64,000 nucleotides of DNA, taken from the NCBI GenBank assembly GCA_040954595.2, contig CM082578.2:2896831-2960830 (forward strand), in the 5' to 3' direction. The notes beneath the pieces were generated by a model that made no database searches, had not been told where the DNA came from, and saw only the letters and a list, made by a program, of their open reading frames with translations. The first letter of the stretch is position 1, and every line of letters starts with the position of its first letter. The DNA comes from Balanoglossus misakiensis (Eukaryota > Animalia > Hemichordata). The position numbers were made by a program, and so were the translations under genes. This document shows positions 26,646 to 39,715 of the stretch, piece by piece.

Positions 26646-29600
26646 TTTCCCCTTCAACAACAATTCCACCAGATAAATTGTATACAAAACTGGTCGCACC
26701 TCAGAACACTTAACACCCTCTCAAACTGTCAGTCACCAAACTCAAAGCAAGACGCGGGAAAATCAGGTCATGTGACAAACGAAATGTACCACCAGCTACA
26801 AGACTTGAAGTTGAACTGGGAAGATTTACCTTAAAATTAATTTATATCACATAGACCTAGGGAGAACAGCAGTAAAAGTGGTAGAAAACGTCATACAGAA
26901 GCAATATCGACGCCGGAAATAGAACTTACACCAGAGAAAAGCTGCAGTGCGTTCACAAATATGCAATTGATACCTCCCTACACAGTAATAGATGACTGAA
27001 ACCACGGACACAAAAAACACCTAAAAACACACCTCCTAGAATAGAAGCCTGCAAACCTTATTATACATGTCATGAAATCGATAAAATTATAATAATAAGC
27101 ACACACTTAGCTATGAAGTTCCGATGACATCAACAGCTCGACGATACGCGCGCGGTGTCCGTGTATCACACTGCCACCATGATCACGAACTGAAGATGAA
27201 GCTGACGACGCGCGGGAAAGTGGTGCCGTTTTTCTGCGCAAGACTACGTATACCTTTTACGGCGAAATTTGCGACATTCATAAAACACCATTTTACATCA
27301 GACGCAAAATCGGTAACGCACGTCCCCAGGACGAGTGACACTTTTCGATCGATAATATCTCGAATGTTCGACCGACTTTTGAAAATTGAAAAGCCAGACA
27401 TTAGGTTTCTATCTAATCTAAAACGCATACTCTGATTTGGTAGCGATCTTCTTCGTAATAGTTGCCAAACGGCGGTGGGCTGAAAATTCGTTTCATACCC
27501 TGTATATATGTGTACTCACGTACACGTACACAGCAACGGCGCGCACGCATGCGTACATTAGGTAGAAGAACAAAAACAGCTCAACACGATCGCGATGCGA
27601 TGTCGTACAACTGTACAAACAGGGCATAGACAGGTACGCGTACGGTGTGGATTTGTTAACTGACCCAGCTTTATTGCAGTTCTCGTTCACACACAAAAAA
27701 AAACGAAATATTTATTGTGTATTCGTTGAGGGCGCCGCGTTTATGTTAAGTTTATCATTATCCATACACTTTATTGTTCCATGACGCCCGTGGATGAAGA
27801 CGTTGGAATAAATTTCAGAACTCCCGGGTATGTAAACCTATTGATTTGGGATTAGATTTTCATCAGTAGTCCTGGTAATGTAGTACGGGAAAATAATATA
27901 ATGGAATACATTGACAACTTCAACCATTTTTATCTTTCATTTAGAAATGTCCCCAACTTATCGATGGATGATGATCTCCACAATTTAACAATGGAAGATG
28001 AAGTATTTCAGACAGATACTCATGGTACAAATGATGATGGTGTCCCAGTTGCAAGTCCTGACAATCTGTCAAACGCTCAAAACATGGATGTTATTACAGA
28101 CACAAAATGCATCGCCTCTGTACCTGAAATTTTGGATCTTTTAAAACAATTGCATGGAGATTCATGTAAACGGGATGGATGCCAACGTGTACTAACATAC
28201 AAGTCATCTTTAGTTGGAACTGCACTTACTGTTGAATGGACATGCTATTCTGGTCATCGCGGAGGGAGGTGGCAGTCCCAAAGAAGGTTTGATGGAATGT
28301 TTTCTGGAAACTTTCAATTGGCTGTCTGTATCTTGCTGTCTGGTAACAGTCATAAGAAGTTTGAACTCCTGTGCAAGTTTTTAAATCTGGCTTGCATATC
28401 ACACACTACTTTCAATCGAATCCAGCGACTGTATGCTGCTCCTGCTATACAGAACTACTGGGACAATATGGAGAGGGACATGTTGGACTCATACCAAGGG
28501 CAAAAGGCTATATTGTGTGGTGATGGCCGCAATGATTCTCCTGGACATTCTGCTCAGTATTTGTCCTACAGTTTGGCTGATGCAAACAAGCACTGCATTG
28601 TCCACACCGAAGTGGTGGACAAGCGCGAAGTAAATGGTAAAAGTCCAAACATGGAACGGCTGGGATTTGAACGATCCATGGACAAACTGAAGAGGTCTGT
28701 AGAGATCGAGGAATTGATCACAGATGCCCATGTACAGATTGCTGCAGTGATGCGTAAGTTATAGCTGCAGCACTTGTATTGGGAACCCCAAATATCAACT
28801 TCAGTAGAGAAATGGGGATGTAGCAATATGCCAAAGCAACTTACCTAGCTAAAGTGTTCTCTTATTTTGAGTGGCAATGTGAGATTGAAGATAATACAGC
28901 AAGGTAGATACATTCATGTGTATGGTTATAAGATACACTTCCTGTTGTGTACAATCTTTGATCTTACCTTGCCATTCATTGGCTGGGAACTACAATTTCA
29001 CCTACTTAGGTGTTCCAAATACAAGTGCTGCAACTGTAATTGTTAACTTTGTAGTTCTGTTGAATGTGGGGATAACTTTCAAAAAGAATTTTCGTCTTCA
29101 ACATGATAAATGAGTGTAGACTGTTGTTGCAATCCATGTATGTTTATGTGCTAGCTAAATATTTAACAAAAATCATACAATTTTTGTAATACAATGCTGT
29201 TTTCTTCCATAATCTTCAGGCAACTGTGACAAATACAAGGACATCAAACATTCATGGGACCTTTGGCATGGAGGTAAAAACATTCATCGAAAAGTCCTGG
29301 AGGTAGGCTGTTACTTCAACCTTTGATCTGGTGTATGCCAGTACACAAATGAAATATCGTAGCATATGCCATCTGAATTCCATCCAAAGTGTGAACAAAA
29401 TACTAATCATATGACACATTTTCAGTGTTACTGTTGGCCATTCACCATGTCAACTGCAAATTTATTTTATTCAGGCATCAAAGCCTAAGAATTGCAAGGA
29501 CCTTTTGCACTGGGCTACTGCAGTGAGAAACCACTTCTGGTATGCTGCAAGAGAATGTAATGGAAGTGAAATAAAGATGAAGGTAACAATAATTTTTGAC

Positions 29601-30599
29601 GTATCAGTTTTCTGTGCACCACAGTAGCTTACAATCATAAGTTGCATGCATGTACAAATAATTCTTGCAAATCAATTAGCTGCTGTGCAGTGTGCCCTCT
29701 AACAAACAATTTTTAAAAGCTTTGAGTCAATTTGAAGATTTCTAAACATTTCTCCGAGCAAGCCCTATACCTTTGCTTGTAGTGTGTAAAATTTTATGAG
29801 TCACCAGTGAGTTTGTTGAGTCAGTGGCATGTCATATGGCCTTAAAGGGCTCACTTCTGCTGTGTATTTGTGTGTGTTTGTAGATGGATGTATGGATGTA
29901 CATTGTATGTGAAGGGGTTGACTGATGGGTGTCTGATCCCAGACATGTCACCATATACAAAGAAGTTTAGCATTACTGAACAATACATGTCTTTCTGTAT
30001 GTTCTTTGAAGGCAATCTGGTTTGGAATATTGCATCATGTCGTGAACGAACATGAGTGGGTGTTAAATTCTGATATTTTCCCATTTGTAAGTATCAGTTT
30101 TAGCTGCAGAAACCTCCATATGTATTAAAAAATAAGCAATGACAGCTGTGTATATTTCTTCTATCAGGTTCATTGCCAAGTATTCCAAACTGAGCAAGAG
30201 GTTTTTCCCAGCACCTGTTTTGAAACCAAAGACGTACGCGTACATCACTAATTTGCAGAAGAGTGTTTTCCAAATGCGATTGGGTGTTGAAGGTCATATG
30301 TCACAACATGTGTCAATGACAGAAGATCATCCTGGCCGGATCTTCAAGAGAGTCAACATGCTCCCCTCTCCAGACATTGCCAAATTAGTAAAAGCACATT
30401 TGAGTCGGTTTGAAGGGTCCAAAAGTTCCCAAGAAAGTAGAAACACCTCAACATGATCGGCCATTTTTGTACCCGGAGTCACTGAAGAACCGCAAAAGCA
30501 ATTTTAAAACAAGTGACAGTGAAATGGACCTTGTAAGCTAATAAAACTCTTTACACTGGGTTCATGTAAATAAAATGTTTTAATCACCAGATATGTGTG

Positions 30600-32451
30600 C
30601 TAATCTTGTACCTCACCATCTTTATAGCCAACATATATATTGTTTGGGCTTGGAAATCTGCCCCTTATTGCCCAGACACAACAAGAGGGGACAACGCGCC
30701 GATTGCCAGCCCCCAGTTTCCCATGCTGCCAATAGATGTACTGTCTGTACGCAAAATGTCTAAAACATGCATTGTCTCGTGACTGTTCTTGGGCATAGGT
30801 ATCAGCTATGCACCGCATAGCTATCTCAAGAACATTCGCATCCAGAACAAGATGACTAAAGAGATAGTTGTCGGTGATGCATCTTTGGCTCTGACGAATG
30901 GCACAACATTTGTTTTCCTTCTGAGTGGGCATTTCACGGCAATGCACCAAGAAGGTAAACTACCAGGTCCGGGTTGTGGATACGGGTTGGGAGCTGGATG
31001 CTGTTCCTGTTGTACGTCACACCATGCCTCTGGCTGTCGTCGGACTAGCTCTAGAGTCAAAGTCTCCAGATCTTCCCTGCTTGCCTTTTGTACAAAATCC
31101 TGTTTGACAAAAACAAAATACCCCCATGAGGTAATCTTGCACTGACAAAAATTTACAACTTTTTTATGTAAACTTATTTTTCATAAACAAACAACGTTTA
31201 TTGGAATCTTATTTTGCAGTGGAAAAAATGTCATCATTGTGTTTCATAATATACTGTGTGAAAGTAAAATGTGTGCAAAATTAGAATGGTTTCTCACGTT
31301 GGGGCGGCACACTTCCTTGAAAACCATATATGTACAAACATTTAAAAGATATATAATTGCGTGGTTTCTCTTCAGTTTACCCCCGTTTTGTTTTGTTTGT
31401 TTGCTGTTGTTGTTGTTGTTGTTGTTTTTTTGGGGGGAGGGGGCGATATCTCAGTCACTAATGCATTTTCAACAAGTTCATTCCATGATCAAGCAGAGTG
31501 CACACAACATTCATAGGACATACCTTCATCTGCCTCTCATTGTCTTGCAACAATTCTGCTTGTGTTTGCTGTTCCTGGGTGTCACGTGGCCGTTTTTTTA
31601 CAGATTCTGAAGCAGGTGGTTGTACCTCAGCCTGTTCATCATCAGATGTTGAATCCTATGAAATGATGATGATGATAATAATAATACTGATACTTGCATT
31701 CACATTATTATTGAGCCTCAAAGATGTTTTGATCATAGCTTACACTCACCTACAAATATGACTAGTTGTAGTGAGCGAATCATTGGGTTTCTGACGGATT
31801 TGTCAATGCAACATCACAAACACTGCACTGACGATTTTTGTAACAAAGGTTTGTATGAAATCTATACTACGACAGGTTAAAATCATAGCACGCCAAAACT
31901 GTTCGGAAACACTGCAACAAATGTTGAGCTGAGCAGTTACATGGTACGTCCGAGACTTGGTGCGGCCCGAGTATTGAAATAGCGAGTGTTCATATATTGC
32001 ATCGCAATCGTTGCATAAAGTTGTTTACGCTAGCGAACGCCGAGTTTGCATTGGAATACGGCCGAACACTGAAAGTTCGTGTCAGGGTTATGACGAATAA
32101 CTCTATCTACGGGAGCTTTACAGTACTGATATGGGCCTCTTAAAATTCGAGAAACAGACTGTTTGACAGCACGTCCGATCCCGCCACATCGATAATCAAG
32201 CTTACATTGAATTGATGATTGAGGGTGACAATAAGACGTAGACATACCTGTATAGCTGTGTTTGAACACGGCCGTCGCTTTCCACAAGAGCATGCCGTTT
32301 TACAAAACTCATCGACTGCTCTGCACGGACATGCTCCACGTCCTTTCTTCCTTGCACAAACCCCACTGCAGTTACACGATCTGGGGTCTTCACTTTCTGC
32401 CACGTCTAGCGCTGCTGCGATATCACTGAGAGCGAAGCTATCTTCGGCCAT
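30600..32451 (-). pseudogene. Kolobok accessory gene KolX (N-terminal CXC-like Cys cluster; C-terminal P2X7 ballast/nanor-like domain)
   Basis: Exon 1 has CNCSGVCARKKGRGACPC...CKTACSC. The last exon has CREMPTQKENKCC...CIT...FRHFAYRQY..WQHGKLGAGNRRVVPSCCVWAIRGRFP. There is a small frameshifting deletion near 30945. Convergent with the transposase. Confidence 0.75.
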
Positions 32452-32546
32452 TTTAAAAAGTTTTGCAATCGCAGGGACTTGTGGGTAATATCTTTATTTA
32501 TAAACAGAATCCTTGCGCAAGCGCAGCGCGACGAGCGGTTCACTGT

Positions 32547-33004
32547 AGCTGCGTTTGGGTGCACCGTTCTTGCGATTGGAATCACGCCCTCATCGTTACA
32601 ATACGATACATGTTCTCGTTACGGTCGCCCAAACGAAAGCAACTTTGTTCTCCAATATGACGAAGGTGTACCACATTCATTTTCCCTAAATACAACTTAC
32701 AAGAAAACAAGTGAAGCCACAGAAATAAGAAACAACTGGAATATCATGAAAGTGTGTTGACTTTACTCACCACTTTGAATTTTATCAGCATTCCGCCGAC
32801 CAGTGCGTATTGTATACGTTTTATCATTGTAAACAACGTCCATATTGGAACTTTCCGTGTTTGCCGCCATCTTGTTCTCGTCTGCTCCCAGGTTTTTGCA
32901 GGAGTACGTTCTCGACTCGAGAACAACCCTCGGCAATTTTCCGAATCTTAACCGAAGTCATTCGGGTCGTTCTCGAGTCAAGAACAGCGCACCCAAACGC
33001 ACCC
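32547..33004. mobile_element. Harbinger MITE of the same terminal family as the element starting at 3326
   Basis: Ends are GCTGCGTTTGGGTGCACCGTTCTTG and CAAGAACAGCGCACCCAAACGCACCC. Confidence 0.65.
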
Positions 33005-33019
33005 TTTAAGTGACCCCCA

Positions 33020-36000
33020 TGTAGTATCCTGAACACTGTTGACCTTTGACCCAGTTTTGACTACAATTTCATGGTGAATACTCGGAAAAATGTCCCAAGG
33101 ACACAATGCTAACGGGAGCCACATGAAACCTATAGACATTGGAGGTCTGACGAGTTTCAGTGTGAACGATGACCCGAACACCATTTCTCAGCGATGGAAG
33201 AAATGGAGGAGAGCATTCGAACTGTATTGGTTAGGAAAGGGAGTAACAGACGAAGCACAGAAACGAGCATTACTGTTGCATACGGCAGGGCTGGAAGTGC
33301 AAGACATTTATTTCACACTGATCGGTGAAGATGCAGCTGCAACGAAAAACTACAAAAAGACACTGCAAGTATTGAACGATCACTTCTTTCCCAAAGCAAA
33401 CGTCCCAGTTGAGAGACACATGTTCAGACAAATTATGCAGGCCAGTGATGAAACGGTCGATCAATTTGTGTGCGGACTCAGACAGAGGGCAAGCACATGT
33501 GAGTTTGCTGAGAAAGAGGATGAGCACATAAGAGACCAGCTGATCGATAAATGCTTTTCACCGCACATGCGCAGAAAACTACTTGAGAAACAGAACGCTA
33601 GTCTCAGTGACTTGTTGATGGTAGCGCATGCCCAGGAAGCCGTAGATGCTCAAATGCAGTCGATGGGAGGAAGCACACCCCAGCAACCCCAAGTAAATGC
33701 AGTTATTGGGAGGAAGCAAGGTCAAAAGAGAAATACCCCAAGCGCAGGTACGAAACGCTTTGGTGGGAACACTTGTCATAACTGTGGGAGACAAAGACAT
33801 TTCGCGAGAGATCCTACATGTCCAGCTAGAGGACAGAAATGCAGACATTGTGAGGAAACAGGACATTTTGTCAGAAAGTGCCCTAAGAAAATACCCGAAA
33901 GTACACGCCAGGCAGAAAAACCCAAACGCTATCAAGGTCATGGGAGAAACAGAAATGAGAAAAGTGACAATGCCAACTACATTGAAAGCGAACAATGTGA
34001 ACAGAAACCGGCATACGTGTTTACTGTTGATGAAAGTCCTAACTATGACAACGGAGTTACTTCACTGAATATCGGAGGCGTCGATGTGCCAGACGTTCTG
34101 ATTGATTCAGGGGCAACTTGTAATCTGATGGGTCAACCTACAAGGGAATACCTGAAAACCCAGAGAGTACGTTGTACGTCGCGCAAGACCGCACGAGTAC
34201 TATTCGCCTACGGTTGTACGGAACCACTGCCAACGTTAGGTACGTTCACCGCCAATATTGCGTCACCAGATGATTTGAGGTGCACAGCTGACTTTGTCGT
34301 CATAAAGGGCGGAGGCAGAACATTGTTATGCAGAGAGACTGCGGAACGCCTGAAACTGCTTCGCATAGGACCCACAGAAATAAACAGCGTCAACAGGAAA
34401 TCGGACGAAGACATCCGAGCAGAATACAAAGATATACTACAGGTTGTCGGACTGTTGAAAGGCTACGAACTCAAACTGAATATTGATGACTCAGTAAAAC
34501 CTATCGCGCAGCCAGTTCGCAGAATTCCATATGGGCTACGAGCAAAGGTCGATGCCAAACTGGATGAACTATTGTCAATGGGAATCATTGTAGAGATACC
34601 TGAAAGACCGACAGGTTGGGTGTCGCCATTAGTCGTCGTGCCGAAGGCAAACAATGATGTCAGAATATGCATTGACATGAGACGCGCGAATGAAGCCATA
34701 GTCGTGAACGTCAACTGATTCCAACGGTAGATGAGGTACTGCAAGACATGCACGGCAGTACAGTTTTCAGTCGTCTTGACTTGAAATGGGGCTTTCACCA
34801 GATTCAGCTCAGTGAAGACAGCCGCCATATCACTAATTTTGCTACGCACAGAGGACTGTACATATACACACGACTGATGTTCGGTGTAAACTCTGCGCCA
34901 GAAAAGTACCAACAGATAATACGAGATGTATTTCGCGACTGCAATGGAGTCGAAAGTATTGCCGACGACGTGATAGTACACGGTAAAGATGACCGCGATC
35001 ACGATGAGAAATTGTTCGCCGCTCTAAACCGCGTGAGAGAAGTTGGACTGACTCTGAACGCCGAGAAATGTAAGTTCAGAATGGCGAAGTTGACATTCTT
35101 CGGACAAGTACTGACACAGAGAGGTGTAAGTCCGAGCGAAGAGAAAGTAGATGCGATCCGAGATGCAGAACCGCCGAAGAACGCGAGTGAGACCAGATGG
35201 TTCATGGGTCTTGTACAGTTTCTATCGAAATTCATTCCTGATTTGTCGTCGATAGCGGAACCGATACAGAGACTGACACGCAAAAACGTCATGTTCGAGT
35301 GGAAGACTGAACAACAGAAAGTGTTCGAGAAACTGAAAGAGTTGATTACACGAGCAGAGACACTAGCATATTTTCGCATGGATTGTAACACGAGAATAGT
35401 TGCAGACGCGTCACCATACGGGTTAGGTGCGATCCTACTACAGCTACAAGATGGTGAATGGAGAGTCATATCATACGCGTCGAGGAGTCTCACAGACGTA
35501 GAACGGCGATATAGCCAAATGGAGAAGGAAGCATTAGCGTTGGTATGGTCATGTGAGCGCTTCAACATGTACATCTTCGAGAGAGAATTTGAGCTTGAAA
35601 CGGACCATAAGCCATTGGAGTGTATATTCTCCAAAAGCTCAAAACCGTCTGCCTGAATTGAAAGGTGGGTGCTGCGATTACAGGCCTACAACTTCAGAGT
35701 CGTTTATCGTCCCGGGAAAACAAACATCGCAGATGCACTGTCTAGGCTGAACTCTAGAAACTATCGCGATGAGGGAGACAGATACGACTACGCTCGTACA
35801 GTTGTCGAAAGTAGTGTACCAATTGCTTTGACAGCGAGGGAGATTGAGCGAGAATCCGCTGCTGATCCAGAACTAAACTGTGTGAAAAACTGTGTAAAGA
35901 CAGGTGACTGGAGAAACTGTAACCTGCAAGCCTATACACATGTGAAAGACGAGCTATGCACGGTGGGAGAGATACTTCTACGTGACAGCCGAATCGTCAT

Positions 36001-37517
36001 TCCACGATCGATGCGAGATCGCGTATTGGAATTAGCACACGAAGGGCACCAGGGAATCACCAAGATGAAAACCAGATTACGCTCAAAGGTGTGGTGGCCC
36101 AAGATAGACAGAGATGCTGAACGAGTTTGCAAAACTTGTCATGGATGCCAGGTGGTCGGACAGTACTCGGTACCAGAACCTATGTTCCGTGTCATACCGC
36201 CAAGTGGGCCATGGCAGGATTGTGGTGCTGACTTACTAGGACCATTACCCTCAGGAGAACACATACTAATCATCGTAGACTACTACAGCAGATATTACGA
36301 GGTCGCGATACTAATGTCGATAACGAGCGCCAAAATTATCGATGCATTGACCCCGATATTTGCGAGATTTGGAGTGCCATATTCGCTACGCACTGACAAC
36401 GGATCCCAGTTGATATCTGACGAGTTCGAATCCTATCTGAGAGAGAACAGTATCGAACACAGAACAACGACACCATTATGGCCGCAAGCCAATGGGGAGG
36501 TCGAACGGCAGAATAGAACACTCATGAAAGCAATTCGCATTGCTCAGGTAGAATCCAAAGACTGGCGAAGGGAGCTGCAGAAGTTCTTGACAGCGTACAG
36601 GTCTACGCCACAGTCGACTACAGGAGCTACACTGTTCTATATGATGTTCAACCGCGAGATGAAATCCAAGTTACCGGAATTGCGCCGCGAACCAACGGTA
36701 ATTGATGAGGAGATCCGCGATCGTGACTGGTCCAGAAAGATAGCAGGCAAAGCTTATGCAGACACAAAACTCCATGCAACGACCAATCCAGTATCAGTGG
36801 GAGATAAAGTTTTGCTGAAGAACAACAAAAGCAACAACATGTCACCCAACTTCATCCCAAGCCCATACAGAGTTGTTAGCAAACAAGGAGGAGAAGTTAC
36901 TGTGAGGGGTGAAGACGGAGCCGAATATAGACGCAACGTTACATTCGTGAAGAAGTACGAGAAATGCAGTACAGAAAACAAACCAGATCTGGATGTGTCA
37001 CCAGTCAAGTCTGCTACAGAGAAGTCACCAGATTTGATTGCCACAGATGTTTCAACACCAGTGAGATCCAGACCCAGTCGTGCTGCTAGGATGCCGAAAC
37101 GCTTTGATGATTTTGTGATTGAGAAAGGCTAACCGTGACACTTATTAGCTGAATAGTGTTTCATATGTTTCATTGCATTTTATTGTTCCAGAAAAACACT
37201 CGATAGACTCTGAAATGATTGAAACCGGACTTGAGACACTATATTCTCTATATATTTCTTTGAAAGTTCTGAGTTTGAATTTGAGCGTTTTGCAACAGTG
37301 TTCATATGTTGATTGCTGTAGATTAGTTCGGTCAGGAACATATCAGTGATCTGAGAAAAGGAGGGATGTAGTATCCTGAACACTGTTGACCTTTGACCCG
37401 AGTTACCCAGAATTCCGTCTGTTGTTGTTGCTGCCCTTCCATGGCGGACATCTTGTGTTCACATGAATAAAACGTTACTAATCTGTTCACATAACGGCCA
37501 TCTACGTGGACACTATA
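33020..37517 (+). mobile_element. Ty3/Gypsy LTR retrotransposon with a shortened 5' LTR
   Basis: Both LTRs start TGTAGTATCCTGAACACTGTTGACCTTTGACCC (33020 and 37367). Polypurine tract GAGAAAAGGAGGGA precedes the 3' LTR. The 5' LTR is only about 46 bp versus about 151 bp. Confidence 0.9.
33090..37132 (+). pseudogene. Gypsy gag-pol (Gag with CCHC knuckles, protease, RT, RNase H, integrase); frameshift near 34710 and stop at 35654
   Basis: CHNCGRQRH and CRHCEETGH, LIDSGAT, LDLKWGFHQ, IADDVIV, DASPYGLG, TDHKPL, AHEGHQG...CKTCHGC, TDNG, NGEVER. Domain order is PR-RT-RH-IN. Confidence 0.92.
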
Positions 37518-37764
37518 CCCCCCCGGCCGTAAAAACTGAACAGTCCCTAAGTACAATAATTAGTATAAAATATTCCTCCAGTGTCTGCACTGTAGTGAAT
37601 CAATATATGTACAGGTATAAATATTCTTAAAACATTTGCCCCTCTTTAAAAAATTTGGGTGAGGGAACCACAAGTGACAACCCTTTTTATCCAGTGAGTT
37701 TAATCGAAGATTATGTATGGGTTGCAGCATACATGTAAATGTGTCACATCTTGGATGATTTTAA

Positions 37765-38340
37765 AGGGCCTATGACATGCCCTATACAACCACGCGTAAA
37801 ATAACTCTTTGGGTCTTGACGTTAACGTATGTTACTATCTGGCATTGCGTATCACCCTCTGTGCTTAGATAACAGGCAAGTAAAAGTGGCGAGCGGGCGT
37901 GTACCCCTAACCCAACTCAGTCGATTTTTTTCGGCTTTTGAAAGTTAAGCCGAAGACTTATCTTGATGTGGACAAATAGTCTTTCACACCTTTGTAAATC
38001 CTCTGCCTGCAATGTGAGGCAAGGGCTTCCTTTGCTTTGAACACTGATTATAGAGTTTGTCTTTGTCTGTGGACTTAATTACTCATGGCCCGCTAATTAC
38101 ACTTTACTGTAAACAGAATGGTACACTAGAACCTAGTGTACTTGTTTGTCCATATGCAAATACCTTCGCCTGGCTCGAGTGCGAAGTGGCTCCCTGATCA
38201 CAGGCATGAAAAAAGGTGGCAAATTCTGGCATTCGTGCACATTTTTCGGAACCGACACAATAAGCAATGCATAGACAGGTACCCTAGGTGAGCTTTTGAC
38301 GGGGAAAAATAAATACTTTTTATAGCATGTCATAGACCCT
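37765..38340 (-). mobile_element. Kolobok-type MITE (about 576 bp)
   Basis: TTAA on both sides. TIR AGGGCCTATGACATGC and GCATGTCATAGACCCT. It is a reverse-complement copy of 39140-39715. Confidence 0.75.
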
Positions 38341-38379
38341 TTAAGTTTTTGACCTCTCCTGTTCAATTAATCATTTCAG

Positions 38380-38610
38380 GCGTATCTCATCCAGTGGTCA
38401 GACCCAGACCGGCTACATGCCATATCAACATCAATAGAAGAAAACAGCAGGCTTTATTGATGGTACCCATGTAAGAAAAACAAACTTGCAGGGTGATGTC
38501 AGAGATTATGTCAACAGGAAAGGTTACATGTCTGTTGTGCTACAACTTCTCATAGATGATCATATGATCATCAATGATGCGTACGTAGGTTGGCCCGGAT
38601 CAACACATGT
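38380..38610 (+). pseudogene. Exon 2 fragment of a Harbinger transposase
   Basis: Acceptor TTTCAG|, then AYLIQWSD...AGFIDGTHV...DYVNRKGYMSVVLQL...AYVGWPGSTH (HARBI1 DDE motifs). Confidence 0.75.
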
Positions 38611-38803
38611 GGATATATAGTGAATTAATGTTCAACCACACACACCTTCAAGCCAGTTTGTAGACTCAAGAGTGAAAAACTCGGAAAAAATGAATAATCT
38701 GTGTTTACCATTTATTCAGTTTGGCAAGATTTTTACTCTCAAATCCTACAAACGGGATGGAAGTTGTGTGTGGTCGAATACTGATTCACTATACATCCAC
38801 ATG
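38606..38803. repeat. Imperfect palindrome / foldback insertion
   Basis: ACATGTGGATATATAGTGAAT...CCACACACACCTTC pairs with GAAGTTGTGTGTGG...ATTCACTATACATCCACATGT. Confidence 0.6.
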
Positions 38804-39139
38804 TAAAATAACATAAACAGTGTCTTGCATCAAACATAAATATGGAAAAAGGCAGCGTGAGAGAGACTTTGTGCCTTTAAAGCCCCATGAACTGCAACTT
38901 GCTAAACAAATTTAAGCTTTACATAATGTCGGATACGCTCTTAATTCTGTTACCAGTTCATTGCATTACAAAACTCGCATGCCTGTTTTAAGCATGTATT
39001 TAGTGGTCAGATATTAGCCTGTACATGTTACTTGACTGGTAATTTGTACGTTAAGACTGTACATGCTTTCTGCAATCATCTATGGATTTTACAAGCATGT
39101 GACATGCTTATAAGCATGTATATAGGCCGAATTATTTAA

Positions 39140-39715
39140 AGGTCCCATGTCATGCTTTGGAAAGTTTTCATTTTTCCACGTCAAAAGCTCACCTAGGGTA
39201 CCTGTCTATGCATTGCCTATTGTGTCGGTTCCGAAAAATGTGCGCGAATGCCGGAATTTGCCCCCTTTTTTCATGCCTGTGATCGGGGAGCCACTTCGCA
39301 CTCGAGCCAGGCGAAGGTATTTGCATATGGACAAACAAGTACACTGCGTTGTAGTGTACCATTCTGTTTACAGTAAAGTGTAATTATCGGTCCATGAGTA
39401 ATTAAGTCCACAGACAAAGACAAGCTATATAAACAGTGTTCAAAGCAAAGGAAGCCCTTGCCTCACATTGCAGGCAGAGGATTTACAAAGGTGTGAAAGA
39501 CTATTTGTCCACATCAAGATAAGTCTTCGGCTTAACTTCGAAAAGCCGAAAAAAATCGACTGAGTTGGGTTAGGGGTACACGCCCACCCGTCACTTTTAC
39601 TTGCTTGTTATCTAAGCACAAGGGGCAAAACGCATTGCAAGATAGTAACATACGTTAACTTCAAGACCCAAATAGTGATTTTACGCGTGGTTGTATAGGG
39701 CATGGCATGGGACCT
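39140..39715 (+). mobile_element. Kolobok-type MITE (about 576 bp)
   Basis: TTAA flanks. TIR AGGTCCCATGTCATGC and GCATGGCATGGGACCT. Confidence 0.75.

Larger units (their letters stand above)
16108..27792 (+). mobile_element. P-superfamily DNA transposon (11.7 kb) with RFX-type transposase and Pif1 helicase
   Basis: TIR CACGGGCGTCATGGAACAATGAAGTGTATGG and CCATACACTTTATTGTTCCATGACGCCCGTG (1 mismatch in 31 bp, imperfect to about 115 bp). 7-bp TSD GATGAAG (16101-16107 and 27793-27799). Inserted in a Kolobok exon. Confidence 0.85.
6281..30456 (+). pseudogene. Multi-exon Kolobok transposase, interrupted and internally deleted
   Basis: Exons: 6281-6552, ~16031-16107 joined to 27793-27828 (split by the P element), 27945-28753 (GDGRNDSPGHSAQY, ITDAH), ~29220-29302 (DLWHGGKN), ~29475-29582 (NHFWY), ~30012 (ILHHVVNEHEW), 30167-30456. 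The region carrying the third catalytic E is missing. Confidence 0.75.
6193..32544 (+). mobile_element. Kolobok DNA transposon copy 1 (transposase plus convergent KolX), hosting the Chapaev and P elements
   Basis: 30-bp imperfect TIRs: AGTGAAGCGATCGTCGCGCCGCACTTGCGC and GCGCAAGCGCAGCGCGACGAGCGGTTCACT. TTAA lies on the left; the right TTAA is displaced to about 33006 by a MITE. Confidence 0.8.
5346..37547. mobile_element. Harbinger-type MITE (GGGACCGTTCAGTTTTTACGGC TIR, TAA TSD) split by Kolobok, MITE and Gypsy insertions
   Basis: The left part 5346-6192 and the right remnants 33006-33019 and 37518-37547 together reconstruct the related uninterrupted inverted copy at 42350-43120. TAA flanks both ends. 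Confidence 0.75.

Noticed and set aside
24286-26699. Pif1 ORF as part of a Helitron
   Set aside because: No Rep/HUH domain upstream, the ORF starts just before motif I, and it lies within P-type TIRs with a TSD.
30600-30950. Host P2X7 receptor gene (also 55153-55551)
   Set aside because: Only the cytoplasmic Cys-rich domain is present, with no channel domains. It sits inside Kolobok elements convergent with the transposase.
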